DNA from: Acidimicrobiia bacterium
GTDB taxonomy: Bacteria > Actinomycetota > Acidimicrobiia > Spongiisociales > ZC4RG35
Length of the DNA stretch: 64,000 bases
Assembly (NCBI GenBank): GCA_036396655.1
Contig: DASWKK010000138.1
Location: 11,385-75,384, forward strand
Reading direction: 5' to 3'
In this document: one piece after another, positions 35,797 through 45,444 of the stretch
Layout: each line of letters starts with the position of its first letter
Position numbering within the stretch: the first letter of the stretch is position 1
The notes under the pieces: model-generated
The model's database searches: none
What the model was told of the DNA's origin: nothing
Seen by the model: only the letters and a program-made list of their open reading frames with translations
Translations under genes and position numbers: made by a program

Positions 35797-36944
35797 GCGT
35801 GGGTGGTGTGGATGTTGCCGCTGGAGTCGAGCAGGAACACGGTGTCCCCGTCGTTGTTCCAGATGGCGGCGCCGACGCTGCACCAATGAAGGAAGGTTCC
35901 GAAGTCCTGGCCACAACCCGAGTGAATGGTCACCGACTCGCCGGGAGCCAGGGCAAACCCGGAGGGGAAAGCGAATCGATTCGAGGCAGACTCGTCCCTG
36001 ATCGTCCAACCGGTCAGGTCGACCAGGGTGTCTCCGTCGTTGCGGATCATGACCCATTCGTCGTTCAGGCTGTCGTTCTCGTTGCCTGGAGGGTCATACT
36101 CGATGCCGACGACATCGAGACTCGCTTCGGCCCGCGGACCGCAGGCGTCCGGCGCCCACAAGCCAAGCTGGGACTCCTGGGCCTCCAGCTGTGCCGCCTC
36201 GAGACGATCCGCCATGGCAGTGTCCGGTTGGTAACGACGGGAGATTCCCGCTCCCCGACGCACCATCTCCTCGTTGACCGACATCGCTCCTAGCCACAAG
36301 TAGCGCAGCAACCGCCCGTACTGATCCACGTCCGAGACGTCCACCGTCATCCCCACCGTGGCCCCAACGGGGGTCAGCGCCGCGAGCGCGGCCGCCGCTT
36401 CGCTCGCGAAGCACTCGTTCGACTCGGGAGTGTTGATCCCGATCAGCCGCACAGTGCCGATGGTCCCCTCCCGATGGATCACATCGATGGTGTCGCCGTC
36501 GGTGATGGAGGCCACCGCGACCGTTTCCGCCCCATCCGGGAACGGGCCTTCGGGATCGCCGGAGGCATTGGAAACCGGTAGCGCCAGCAGCGGGTCTGAC
36601 ACTTCTGTCGCGACCGTGGTGACGACCACATTGGTCGTGGTGGTGCTTGGGAAGGAGGTTGTCGTTGAAGTCGCGGCCACGGTCGTCCGGGTCAAAGTGG
36701 TTTCAGACGCCGTCCCCAGGAGATCCTGCTCCGACGGCGCTCCACCGGGAGCGATGGCAACGAGTCCCACCAAGAGCGCCCCCGAGATCCAACCCGGCGA
36801 AACCGGACGCGGCGGCCGGGCCGACTCGGGTTGAGAGCCTTCGACCTTCACCGCGGATCTGTAGTCCCGCCATGCGGCCCTGCGGCCCTTCCACGCCCGC
36901 CATGCCTCGGGTGACCAAAATCTCACCCAATCCGGAGCTTTCAT
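35778..36944 (-). CDS. membrane-anchored thermonuclease (SNase) with C-terminal lamin-tail domain
   Basis: ATG 36944. TM, Thr-rich linker, DGDTIDV..VRLIGINTPE...YGRLLRYLW (SNase), EWVMIRNDGDTLVDLTGWTIRD (LTD). Confidence 0.75.
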   Translation of the reverse strand: MKAPDWVRFWSPEAWRAWKGRRAAWRDYRSAVKVEGSQPESARPPRPVSPGWISGALLVGLVAIAPGGAPSEQDLLGTASETTLTRTTVAATSTTTSFPSTTTTNVVVTTVATEVSDPLLALPVSNASGDPEGPFPDGAETVAVASITDGDTIDVIHREGTIGTVRLIGINTPESNECFASEAAAALAALTPVGATVGMTVDVSDVDQYGRLLRYLWLGAMSVNEEMVRRGAGISRRYQPDTAMADRLEAAQLEAQESQLGLWAPDACGPRAEASLDVVGIEYDPPGNENDSLNDEWVMIRNDGDTLVDLTGWTIRDESASNRFAFPSGFALAPGESVTIHSGCGQDFGTFLHWCSVGAAIWNNDGDTVFLLDSSGNIHTTHAYDGNG

Positions 36945-37105
36945 GACAGACAGCTCACCACCCGTTTTGGTGCGGAGAGCTTGACCTGGGGGTTCACGTT
37001 TCCGCGCCAGAAGTGGATATCGGTTGGACTGCCGTACGCTTTTCTGCCAATGCCCGCGTTGAAGCGAGACATGGCAGGGGGGCATCGATGTCAGGAGTGA
37101 GAGTC

Positions 37106-37639
37106 ATGGAGCGAATACGCCCGGCCATAGTTGTCATGCTGTTGCTCGCGGTGGCGGCGTGCAACGACGGTACGGCCAACGAGGGGGAAGCAACAACCGT
37201 GGCCACCGTCCCGACCACGACCACCACCGAATCCGAGGCTGCCACGTCGACCTCCACTTCGACCACCGTCCCTTCGACCACTACTTCCACCGAGCCCACA
37301 ACGACCACGACGGTAGAGCCGCTCCCATTCCCACCTGCGCGTCAGAACCTGACCCACGGCGGTGACACGTGGGTGGTCATCCTGGCTGCGTCAGAAGTGT
37401 TCGACGACCCGGTGTTCGACACCGCAGTTGGCAACGCCGACGCGGCGGGATATCAGACAGGGCCTACCGACTGTGATTTCGGGGCAGCCGAGGTCCTGGG
37501 GCTGCCCGACGACCGGCAGTACTACACGGTCAGTGTCTATCTCTCCAACCAGGCCGACGCCGAGGCGGCGCTCGACGCATTCGAAGCCCAAGGGGTGGGC
37601 GGGACGGTTGGCGTGGTCCAGACCTTCTGCCTCGACTGA
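37106..37639 (+). CDS. lipoprotein with Thr-rich linker, unknown function
   Basis: AGGAG RBS then ATG 37106. Lipobox LLAVAAC. TTTTT linkers. C-terminal roughly 100-aa Cys-containing domain. Confidence 0.55.
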   Translation: MERIRPAIVVMLLLAVAACNDGTANEGEATTVATVPTTTTTESEAATSTSTSTTVPSTTTSTEPTTTTTVEPLPFPPARQNLTHGGDTWVVILAASEVFDDPVFDTAVGNADAAGYQTGPTDCDFGAAEVLGLPDDRQYYTVSVYLSNQADAEAALDAFEAQGVGGTVGVVQTFCLD

Positions 37640-37667
37640 CTTCGGCCCGGCTTCGCGGGTCGGGCAC

Positions 37668-38225
37668 TCACGGGCGTGAGCCAGGTTCGTGCAGCCGGTG
37701 GACCGCCGTCACCAGCCCCTGCTCCACCCGCTCATCCACCTTGGGGCCTACCGAGTCGAGCACACTGGCCATGGCACCGTTCTCAACGAGCATGGTCGCC
37801 TCCCAGAGCCTCACCCCGGTGTCAAATGCCCGAGCGGCCAGATGACGCGCCAAAAGCGTCCCCACCCCCATGTTCTGCCAGGGATCGGCGGCAACCAGGG
37901 CGACCTCGGCCGTATCGGGACGATCCGGGTAACGAATCGACTCGGCCACCGCCTCCAGGCTGGAGCCGAATCGGTTGGTGGCCACCGCGCCTTCCACCAG
38001 GGCATCCACCTGGTCGGCTGCGATCAAACGAGCCACCCATTGGCCATGGAGGCTCCTACCCGGGAGGAGGAAACGCCTGAAAGCGGATTCCGTCGAGAGC
38101 TGGTGCGCCAGGGAAGCAAGGAGCCTGCCGTCCCTGACCCCAACCGGGCGCAGCTCGAGCGAGGAGCCGTCCGGGAACCGGAGAATGCGGACCTGGCCGG
38201 CCTCGGTCGCGGCAGCATCAATCAT
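37668..38225 (-). CDS. GNAT family N-acetyltransferase
   Basis: ATGA coupling to the upstream ACT gene (GGGAGG RBS). Acetyl-CoA motif WQNMGVGTLLARHLAARA. Confidence 0.6.
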   Translation of the reverse strand: MIDAAATEAGQVRILRFPDGSSLELRPVGVRDGRLLASLAHQLSTESAFRRFLLPGRSLHGQWVARLIAADQVDALVEGAVATNRFGSSLEAVAESIRYPDRPDTAEVALVAADPWQNMGVGTLLARHLAARAFDTGVRLWEATMLVENGAMASVLDSVGPKVDERVEQGLVTAVHRLHEPGSRP

Positions 38226-38959
38226 GCGATCGCCTCCCACCGGGTGGACACGATGTGTGGGGCGGCCACCCGGGCAAAGAGCTCGAGACGGCTCACTTCG
38301 GTCGGCAGGAAACGAGGTCGTTGACCGACAACGGCGAGCGTGGCCGGCCGGCCGCCGGGAGCGGGGATCCTGACCACGGCGCCTCCAACGCCGCTCTGTT
38401 CTGGTCCGGTGGCGTGGCCCCGGGCGGCGCGCATCGCCGCGGTGATCGTCTTGATCGCACCGGGATCACCAGACCACGAGATCGTCTCCGGGTCGAACTG
38501 CAGAGCTGCTGTGCGAAGAAGTTCCCATCTCATGGCTGCCAACTCGGGATTGGGCGGCTGGGGTTCCATCAAGACGAATGCCGAGTTGGTTTGGGTGAGG
38601 GCTTCGGTCGCCTGCGCGAATCGCTCGAGGGCGCTGTACACGTCCGGGCACTCGGCCATCGCTTCCAGAGTCCGCAGCACTTCAACCGCCCAGTCCCTGA
38701 TCACCCACGAGGTCGGCAGCCCGAGGACGGTCAGACCGACTTTCCCGAGGTCTCTGACCACAGCGTCGAGCTGCTCGGGGCGGGACGCGGTCATCTCGAT
38801 GTCGTCCCACACATCGGCCCGATCCCATGACACGATCTCGAGCCGAACGATGTTGACACCTGCCTCCGCGACGATGCCCGAAAGCCGGTGGAGGCTCCCG
38901 GGCCTGTCGGCAAGTCTCACCCGGATCGATCGGCGATGTGCTCCCGAAGCGAGATCCAT
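38222..38959 (-). CDS. ACT domain protein with GAF-like C-terminal domain
   Basis: IRVRLADRPGSLHRLSGIVAEAGVNIVRLEI (ACT). The remaining roughly 160 aa are alpha/beta, GAF-like by pattern only. Confidence 0.55.
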   Translation of the reverse strand: MDLASGAHRRSIRVRLADRPGSLHRLSGIVAEAGVNIVRLEIVSWDRADVWDDIEMTASRPEQLDAVVRDLGKVGLTVLGLPTSWVIRDWAVEVLRTLEAMAECPDVYSALERFAQATEALTQTNSAFVLMEPQPPNPELAAMRWELLRTAALQFDPETISWSGDPGAIKTITAAMRAARGHATGPEQSGVGGAVVRIPAPGGRPATLAVVGQRPRFLPTEVSRLELFARVAAPHIVSTRWEAIA

Positions 38960-39050
38960 GCCGACAACGTATGACGCCCGTGTTTCAGATCGGTTTCGTC
39001 ACGGTCAACACTTGAGTCGCGCTCAACCTCGGAGCCGAGCCGACTCCAGC

Positions 39051-39629
39051 TCATTCCAACGAGGAAGCAGCGAACGGCACCGCAAAACGCAGGCACCAGA
39101 CGAGGACCGTGCGGTGCACCTCGGGATCGAAGTCAACCGGGAGCTCGTAGTTCTGTCCACCGACTGTGCCCTTGAGCAACCCGAGGTCGATGTACTCCGA
39201 CGGTGAGCCTCCCTCGTACGAGGTCGAGGGGAGCAGCCAAACGTAGAGATCGGGACCGTTCTGGATGTTGGTGTCCTCCTCGAACCGGAGCACGTACCGG
39301 CCGTCCTGTTCGTAAACGGTGGCCGTGCCCTCGGCCGAATGATCGATTCCGACGAACTGGCCGGTCGATGTTGCCACCGGCTCTTCATCCGCAGACGGCT
39401 CGACGTCCGACGTAGTCGGGTCGGCAACTGTGGTGGACGTGGGGTCGACGAGACTCGTCGTCGACCCCCCGCCGGACGCGTCGCCCGCCGTCGTCACCGG
39501 GAATGCTTCAGCCAGCGACTCGTCGGATCGCACCTCCGTGAACAGGGTGTCCGGTCGGAACAGCAGGAAGCCGACGACCGCCACCACCACCGCGCCACCG
39601 ACAATGACCCAGCGTCGAGTGCTCATCAT
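39051..39629 (-). CDS. DM13 domain-containing exported protein
   Basis: N-terminal TM. F.GIDH.AEGTATVY...GRYVLRFE.D....NGPDLYVWL pattern of DM13. Confidence 0.65.
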   Translation of the reverse strand: MMSTRRWVIVGGAVVVAVVGFLLFRPDTLFTEVRSDESLAEAFPVTTAGDASGGGSTTSLVDPTSTTVADPTTSDVEPSADEEPVATSTGQFVGIDHSAEGTATVYEQDGRYVLRFEEDTNIQNGPDLYVWLLPSTSYEGGSPSEYIDLGLLKGTVGGQNYELPVDFDPEVHRTVLVWCLRFAVPFAASSLE

Positions 39630-40204
39630 CCCTCGGGCGGGGTGAGCACGGCATCGATCACGTGGATGACCCCATTGGAAGCGGCAATGTCATAGCGAAT
39701 GATATTGGCATCTCCAACCATCACATTGTCGCCGTCAACGGTCACCTCCAGGGGCCCGCCGCTCAAAGTGGTGAACGTTTGGCCGTCCATCCCCATCACC
39801 ATCTCCGAGTCCTCCATCATCGTCACCACGTGCTGGCCGAGAATCGATTGGAGCATCTCCGCGCCGGCGAATGCCTCCTCCTGGCTCATCCCTGCCCCAT
39901 CGAGATAGGCAGCGAAGGCTTCGTCGGTGGGTATGAACAAGGTGAACGGCCCTTCACCGTGAAAGTCCTCCATGATCCCGGCGGCCTCGGTGGCGGCGAG
40001 GAATGTGTCCAGGTCGCCCTCGCCTTCGGCTACGGCGAGAACATCCTCGTCCACCATCTCCTCCTCGTCCATCATCTCCTCGGTGGTCGAGGTCTCGGCT
40101 GCTGGAGGTGCAGTGGTGGTAGTGGCCGCTTCCCCGCCACAGGCGGCGAGGATCAAACCGAACACCATCAGCAGGGTGGCGAATCGCGGGGTCGACTTGT
40201 ACAT
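39626..40204 (-). CDS. fasciclin (FAS1) domain lipoprotein
   Basis: ATG 40204. Lipobox GLILAAC. GPFTLFIPTDEAF and SNGVIHVIDAVL motifs. Confidence 0.8.
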   Translation of the reverse strand: MYKSTPRFATLLMVFGLILAACGGEAATTTTAPPAAETSTTEEMMDEEEMVDEDVLAVAEGEGDLDTFLAATEAAGIMEDFHGEGPFTLFIPTDEAFAAYLDGAGMSQEEAFAGAEMLQSILGQHVVTMMEDSEMVMGMDGQTFTTLSGGPLEVTVDGDNVMVGDANIIRYDIAASNGVIHVIDAVLTPPEG

Positions 40205-40385
40205 GGCTTCTCCTTGTGGGCGAACCAGGCCAACGTACGAGTGCCGATCGTGAAAGAGGCCGTTGTTCACCACCTCTTAAGAGTTTGTTCCGGGTTCGGT
40301 AACAGACATTCCGAAACATGAAACTTCGCTAAACCCCCAGGGTGGCCCCTGTCGCAGCAATCGAGGCCGGCATAGCATCACGGAC

Positions 40386-41087
40386 GTGGAAACTCCCCTC
40401 CCTGACCGTGGGCAGCGCATCCTCCTCGTCGACGACGAGCCGAGGATTCGTGAGGTGGTGGCCAACTACCTGCGGCGGGATGGGTATCTGGTGCAAACCG
40501 CGGTCGACGGCGCCAGCGCCCGACGTGAGCTCGCCGAGTTCGCCCCGGATCTGGTGGTACTCGACCTGATGCTCCCCTCGGTATCGGGTTTCGAGGTCCT
40601 GGCCGAGATCCGCCGCAATGGCGACCTCCCGGTGATCGTGCTCACCGCTCGGTCCGAGGAGACCGATCGTGTTGCCGGGCTGGAGCTGGGCGCCGACGAC
40701 TACGTGGTCAAGCCTTTCTCCCCTCGGGAGCTGGTAGCCCGGGTTCGCACGGTGTTGCGTCGTTCCACACCAAAGCCGGCATCGGGGCCGATCGAGTTCG
40801 ACGGGGTCGAAGTGGATGCAAGTCGCAGGGTGGCGTCGGTCGACGGGGATCCAGTTGAGCTGACCGCCAAGGAGTTCGACTTGCTCGCCTTTCTCGTCGG
40901 ACATGCACGACAAGTGTTCAGCCGCAACGAGCTCCTGGAACGAGTGTGGGGTTCGTCCGCCGAATGGCAGGACCCGGCCACGGTCACGGTGCACATTCGT
41001 CGAATTCGCCAGAAGATCGAACCCGATCCTCAAAACCCGACCCGGGTGCAGACGGTCTGGGGAGTCGGGTACAGGTTCGGCTCATGA
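40386..41087 (+). CDS. OmpR-family response regulator
   Basis: ILLVDDE, DLVVLDLMLP, YVVKPFSPREL, winged-helix C-terminus VWGVGYRF. Confidence 0.9.
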   Translation: METPLPDRGQRILLVDDEPRIREVVANYLRRDGYLVQTAVDGASARRELAEFAPDLVVLDLMLPSVSGFEVLAEIRRNGDLPVIVLTARSEETDRVAGLELGADDYVVKPFSPRELVARVRTVLRRSTPKPASGPIEFDGVEVDASRRVASVDGDPVELTAKEFDLLAFLVGHARQVFSRNELLERVWGSSAEWQDPATVTVHIRRIRQKIEPDPQNPTRVQTVWGVGYRFGS

Positions 41088-42256
41088 AAGCCACCGTCTG
41101 GGCTCTGGTCCTGGTGCTGGCCGCAGGCCTGCTCGTCGCCGAGCTGGCGATGGAAGTCACCGCCCCCGATCGACGTCGTCTTTACCTGGTGTTCGGGGCG
41201 ATGTCGGTCGCCACCTTCCTCGCTGCCATCGTCTCCCTCCGGGTCGCAGGGCGTCTCAGCTCGCTGAGAACGAGTCTGATCGTCGTCGCCTTTGCCGCCG
41301 TCGCCGTTACCGGGACCGCGGTCGCGGTGGCCGCGCTGACCATGTTCATCGAGCCTCACGACCTGACCCTGGTCCTGGTGACGATCGTGCTCGGGGTCGG
41401 TCTGGGCGGAGTGGTGGCAGGGGCGGTGGCACGACCGCTCACCGACGATCTGGACGCCATTTCCCGGACCGCCGAAAAGGTCGGCGGGGGCGATCTCACG
41501 GTTCGCACCGGGGTGGTGCGCACCGACGAACTGGGACAGGCAGCGGCCGCGCTCGATCACATGATCGACAGGCTCGAGACCTCGGAGGACGAGCGCCGCA
41601 TCATCCTCTCCGCAATCGGTCACGACCTGCGCACACCCCTCGGCTCGATGCAGGCCGCGGTCGAGGCTCTGCAGGACGGGGTGGCACCTGACCCTCCCGC
41701 CTATCTGCGGGGCCTCTCCCACGACCTGGAGTACATGCGTCATCTCGTCGACGACCTGTTCCTCATCGCCCGTATCGACACCGGGAGACTGGAGCTTCTC
41801 TACACAGGGGTCGATCTGGCCGAACTGGCCGACGAGGCAGTCGAGGCGGTGACTCCGGCGGCGGCGAGAAGGGCTGTTCGGCTCAAGGTGGACTCACCCG
41901 GCCATGTCGGTGTCATCGGTGATCCTTCCGCCTTGGGCCGGGTCTTCCGCAACCTGCTCGCTAATGCGGTACGGCACAGCCCCGAGATGGGAGAGGTGAC
42001 GGTCACCCTGATCAAGAACGAGTCGTACGCCGAAACCACCGTGGTCGACCAGGGATCTGGATTCCCCGACGACGTCCGGCAGCGAGCCTTCGATCGATTT
42101 GTCAGGGCAGACGACTCGCGCAATCGGCAGTCGGGAGGCACCGGGCTCGGTCTGGCCATCGCAAAAGGCATCGTCGAGGCTCACGGTGGCACCATTGCCA
42201 TCGAAGACGGCGACGGAGGACGGGTCCGCTTCTCGATTCCGCTGACGCGAGCCTGA
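41084..42256 (+). CDS. sensor histidine kinase (TM-HAMP-HisKA-HATPase)
   Basis: ATGA coupling. H-box IGHDLRTPL, N-box LLANAVRHS, G-boxes DQGSGF and GGTGLGLAIAK. Confidence 0.9.
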   Translation: MKATVWALVLVLAAGLLVAELAMEVTAPDRRRLYLVFGAMSVATFLAAIVSLRVAGRLSSLRTSLIVVAFAAVAVTGTAVAVAALTMFIEPHDLTLVLVTIVLGVGLGGVVAGAVARPLTDDLDAISRTAEKVGGGDLTVRTGVVRTDELGQAAAALDHMIDRLETSEDERRIILSAIGHDLRTPLGSMQAAVEALQDGVAPDPPAYLRGLSHDLEYMRHLVDDLFLIARIDTGRLELLYTGVDLAELADEAVEAVTPAAARRAVRLKVDSPGHVGVIGDPSALGRVFRNLLANAVRHSPEMGEVTVTLIKNESYAETTVVDQGSGFPDDVRQRAFDRFVRADDSRNRQSGGTGLGLAIAKGIVEAHGGTIAIEDGDGGRVRFSIPLTRA

Positions 42257-42275
42257 CAACCGACGGACCACTGGC

Positions 42276-43562
42276 TCAGCCGCCCCAAAACACCGACGGG
42301 TTGAGGATCCCACCAGGGTCGAAGGTGTGCTTGATCCGCCGATTGATCGCCAGTACCGCGGGGTCGGTGGAACGTCTCCACCAGACGGCTTTGGCCACCC
42401 CGATCCCGTGCTCGCTGGCGATGGCGCCCCCCAATTCGATCACGACTCCAAGCACTCGGTCCTCCACCTCGACCGCGTCCGATCCTCCGACGACATTGAC
42501 GTGGAAGTTGCCTTCCGCCAGATGCCCATAGAGATAGACATCGTCTTCCAGCCCGAGCCGCTCGACCCTGGTCACGAACTCGTCGAGCCGACCGAGCGGA
42601 ATGGCCACGTCGATCTTGGTAGGAACCCCCTGCTGGTTGATTGTCTCGGTGATCGTCTCCCGGTACGACCACAGCTTGCGATCAACCACTGCCATCGCGG
42701 TGTCAGGGACCGCCGGAAGTGCCGCTGACTCGATCAGCACATAGAACGGTGCGGCTGTTGGGAAGGGGCTGGAAAGGGCGCGATGTTCGATCACCAGATC
42801 GAGACAGGCTTGCGAGAAGAACTCGACCGCAGAGACACCGGGAGTCAGGTACTGCAGTCCGTCAGCCAGTTGCTCGACGGCGATCAAAGTGACCTTCTGC
42901 TCTCCGCTCTGAGCCGACAGGAGACGTAGCCGGGCCGCGGTTATCACACCCAGGGATCCCTCGCTGCCCACCATCAGCCGGAGCGAGTCCGGCCCCATGC
43001 TCTCCTTCACCACGTTGCCAAGATGGTTGGCAAGCGACCCGTCGGCCATCACCACCTCCAGGCCGAGCACCTGTCGCCGGGTGTCCCCGTTGACGACCAC
43101 ATTCATGCCACCGGCATTGGTGGCGATGGTGCCTCCGACGGTTGCCGAGTCGCGGGAGGCGAGGTCGACTCCGTAGGTCAATCCCGCCTGGCGAGCGTGT
43201 TCCCGGAGGGCGGCAAGAGTCACACCGGCGCCGACGGTGACCTCCCTACCCCGCTGGTCGACTGCCCCGAGCCGGTCGAGACGTCGCAGCGAGAGGACGA
43301 CCTCACCATGGTGGGGAATCGAACCTCCGACCAAACCCGTGTTGCCTCCCTGGGGGACCACGGGCACGCCGCGCTGGTGGCAGATGGAAACCACACGCTG
43401 TACCTCTTCAACCGACCCCGGTCGTACTACGGCCGCAGTGTGACCGGTCCAGCGTCCGGTCCAATCTCGAACATATCCGGCGACGAGATCTGGGTCGACG
43501 AGCAAGTGGTTCGGCCCCACGACGTCAGCGAGAGCCTGATGGAGGTCATCGGGAGCGGTCAT
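42276..43562 (-). CDS. FAD-linked oxidase (GlcD / D-lactate dehydrogenase family)
   Basis: VVPQGGNTGLVGGS FAD-binding motif and C-terminal FAD-oxidase_C-type region. Confidence 0.85.
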   Translation of the reverse strand: MTAPDDLHQALADVVGPNHLLVDPDLVAGYVRDWTGRWTGHTAAVVRPGSVEEVQRVVSICHQRGVPVVPQGGNTGLVGGSIPHHGEVVLSLRRLDRLGAVDQRGREVTVGAGVTLAALREHARQAGLTYGVDLASRDSATVGGTIATNAGGMNVVVNGDTRRQVLGLEVVMADGSLANHLGNVVKESMGPDSLRLMVGSEGSLGVITAARLRLLSAQSGEQKVTLIAVEQLADGLQYLTPGVSAVEFFSQACLDLVIEHRALSSPFPTAAPFYVLIESAALPAVPDTAMAVVDRKLWSYRETITETINQQGVPTKIDVAIPLGRLDEFVTRVERLGLEDDVYLYGHLAEGNFHVNVVGGSDAVEVEDRVLGVVIELGGAIASEHGIGVAKAVWWRRSTDPAVLAINRRIKHTFDPGGILNPSVFWGG

Positions 43563-44790
43563 CAGTCGTCACATAGTCTGGCCCGAGAGCGTCGACCGAG
43601 TTGCAGCCGATGAGTGCCATGGTCCGTCTCATATCGGACGCCAGGAGATCGAGGACATGGTCGACGCCTGCTTCCCCGGCAGCGCCGAGCCCATAGAGAT
43701 ACGCCCGACCTGCCATGCAAGCCTTGGCCCCCAAAGCGAGAGCCTTGACGATGTCGCTGCCGCGTCGGACCCCACCGTCGCAGATGATCTCGATCCGCTC
43801 ACCGACCGCATGGGCGACACCGGGCAGGAGTTCGAGAGGGGTGGGAGCGGAGTCGAGCTGTCGGCCGCCGTGGTTGGAGAGTGCGATGGCGTCGACTCCC
43901 TGGTCGGCAGCCAACACCGCGTCCTCTGTGGTTTGGATCCCCTTGAGCACGATTGGCCCCGTCCAGATGCTGCGAAGCCACTCGACGTCGCTCCAGGAAA
44001 GACCTGGGTCGAACTGGCGACTCACATACTCGGCAAGGGAGATTGCATCTTTTCCATCGCCCACCTCCTGGCCGGCCACGTTGGCGAACACGATCGGCTC
44101 GGACTTGAGGAACTGCCAGGTCCAACCTGGGTGAGCCAACCCGTCGAAGACCGTGGACAGTCCCAGCTTGGGAGGCAGGGTGAAACCACGCCGCACGTCT
44201 CTCTCCCGTTTCCCGAGGACCGCGGTGTCAACGGTGAGACAGAGCGCTTCGTATCCGGCTTCGGCTGCTCTCGCCACCAGGTCGGCCACCAACCCGCGGT
44301 CCCGCCAGACATAGACCTGGAACCACAACCTCGGAGACCCGGTGGCGGCCACCTCCTCGATCGACCGGGTGCCCAGGGTCGATAGGGCATAGGGAAGCCC
44401 GGCACGACCCGCGGCCCGGGCCACGGCGAGCTCGCCCGCCGGGTCGGCGATCCGGGTGAAACCGGTAGGGGCGAGGACCAGCGGCATCGATAGCGGTTTG
44501 CCGAGAAGGCTCGAAGTGATATCGACGTCACTCATCTCACGCAGGACCCGGGGCCGGAATCGGACCCGCCGAAAGGCTTCGACGTTCGACGACAAGGTGA
44601 GCTCGTCTTCGGCACCGCCGTCGATGTAGTCGAACACGCCAGCGGGCAGACGGCGTTTGGCCACGGCGCGAAGATCAGCGACCGAAACCCCCTTGCGAAG
44701 GCGGCGTCGCACCGGTCGGAGCTCGAGTCGGCGAAAGCGGAGCACGCCGAGCGAGCCAAACCAACTTCTGCTGCCTGTTCGCTTCGTCAT
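43546..44790 (-). CDS. FMN-dependent alpha-hydroxy acid dehydrogenase/oxidase (LldD-like)
   Basis: ATG 44790 after GGAAGGTGAGG. FDYIDGGAEDE, LSNHGGRQLD, DGGVRRGSD motifs. The track ORF's longer N-terminus overlaps the rhodanese gene and is rejected. Confidence 0.85.
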   Translation of the reverse strand: MTKRTGSRSWFGSLGVLRFRRLELRPVRRRLRKGVSVADLRAVAKRRLPAGVFDYIDGGAEDELTLSSNVEAFRRVRFRPRVLREMSDVDITSSLLGKPLSMPLVLAPTGFTRIADPAGELAVARAAGRAGLPYALSTLGTRSIEEVAATGSPRLWFQVYVWRDRGLVADLVARAAEAGYEALCLTVDTAVLGKRERDVRRGFTLPPKLGLSTVFDGLAHPGWTWQFLKSEPIVFANVAGQEVGDGKDAISLAEYVSRQFDPGLSWSDVEWLRSIWTGPIVLKGIQTTEDAVLAADQGVDAIALSNHGGRQLDSAPTPLELLPGVAHAVGERIEIICDGGVRRGSDIVKALALGAKACMAGRAYLYGLGAAGEAGVDHVLDLLASDMRRTMALIGCNSVDALGPDYVTTDDRSR

Positions 44791-44818
44791 GTCCTCACCT
44801 TCCGGGGGTCGGGGTCGG

Positions 44819-45163
44819 CTACTGGCCGTCTCGAAACCAACTACCTTCGAGCCCCAACCCGGCGCCCTCCCAATCGGCCAAACCCCCGGCGTAGCGTCGC
44901 ACGTTCCGGTAGCCACGGTCGACGAGCTCGTGATAGAGGGTGATGCTGGCGTGACAGTCGACGTTGGTGCAATAGACCACGATCTCCTCGGAAGGTTCCA
45001 GAGACGAGAACACCTCCTCCCGCGTGTTGAAATGCTCTGACCCCGGTATGTGTTTGGCATCGAAAGCCCACTCATTGAGGGCCATCACCAACCTGAAGGC
45101 GTCACCGCGCTCCAGCTTGGAGACCAGCTCCTCCCGGTCGATGGTGGCCACCTCCGAGCTCAT
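44819..45163 (-). CDS. rhodanese-like sulfurtransferase domain protein
   Basis: HIPGSEHF and active-site loop VVYCTNVDCHAS. Confidence 0.8.
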   Translation of the reverse strand: MSSEVATIDREELVSKLERGDAFRLVMALNEWAFDAKHIPGSEHFNTREEVFSSLEPSEEIVVYCTNVDCHASITLYHELVDRGYRNVRRYAGGLADWEGAGLGLEGSWFRDGQ

Positions 45164-45444
45164 CGTCCGTCGTCCACGTCGGCTGGTCTGGCGATTCTCA
45201 TTCCGAAACGAAGAGTCTTTCCGCGGCGAGAGTGCCTGCCTCGGCGTACTCGCGACAACGATTGGGGTAGGTCGACGTCATTCCGGCATCGTAACCGCCG
45301 TGCCCCGGGCGGCTCCGGGCGACGCCGGCATCGGATGCCGACAGCGACCAAGCGATGACCACTCCGGAATGACACCCTCCTCTCTCTCCAGACCGAGCGG
45401 CTCTCTAACGTGGCTTCGCTCATGGGCTGGAAACCAGGTCGGTC

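Noticed and set aside
43546-45075. 509-aa track ORF, suggesting a much longer LldD-like protein or an overlapping gene across the rhodanese locus.
   Set aside because: The first 95 codons are Ser/Arg/Pro-rich noise overlapping the well-supported rhodanese gene in another frame. An internal ATG (44790) has a strong RBS and gives a normal-length FMN-dependent dehydrogenase.
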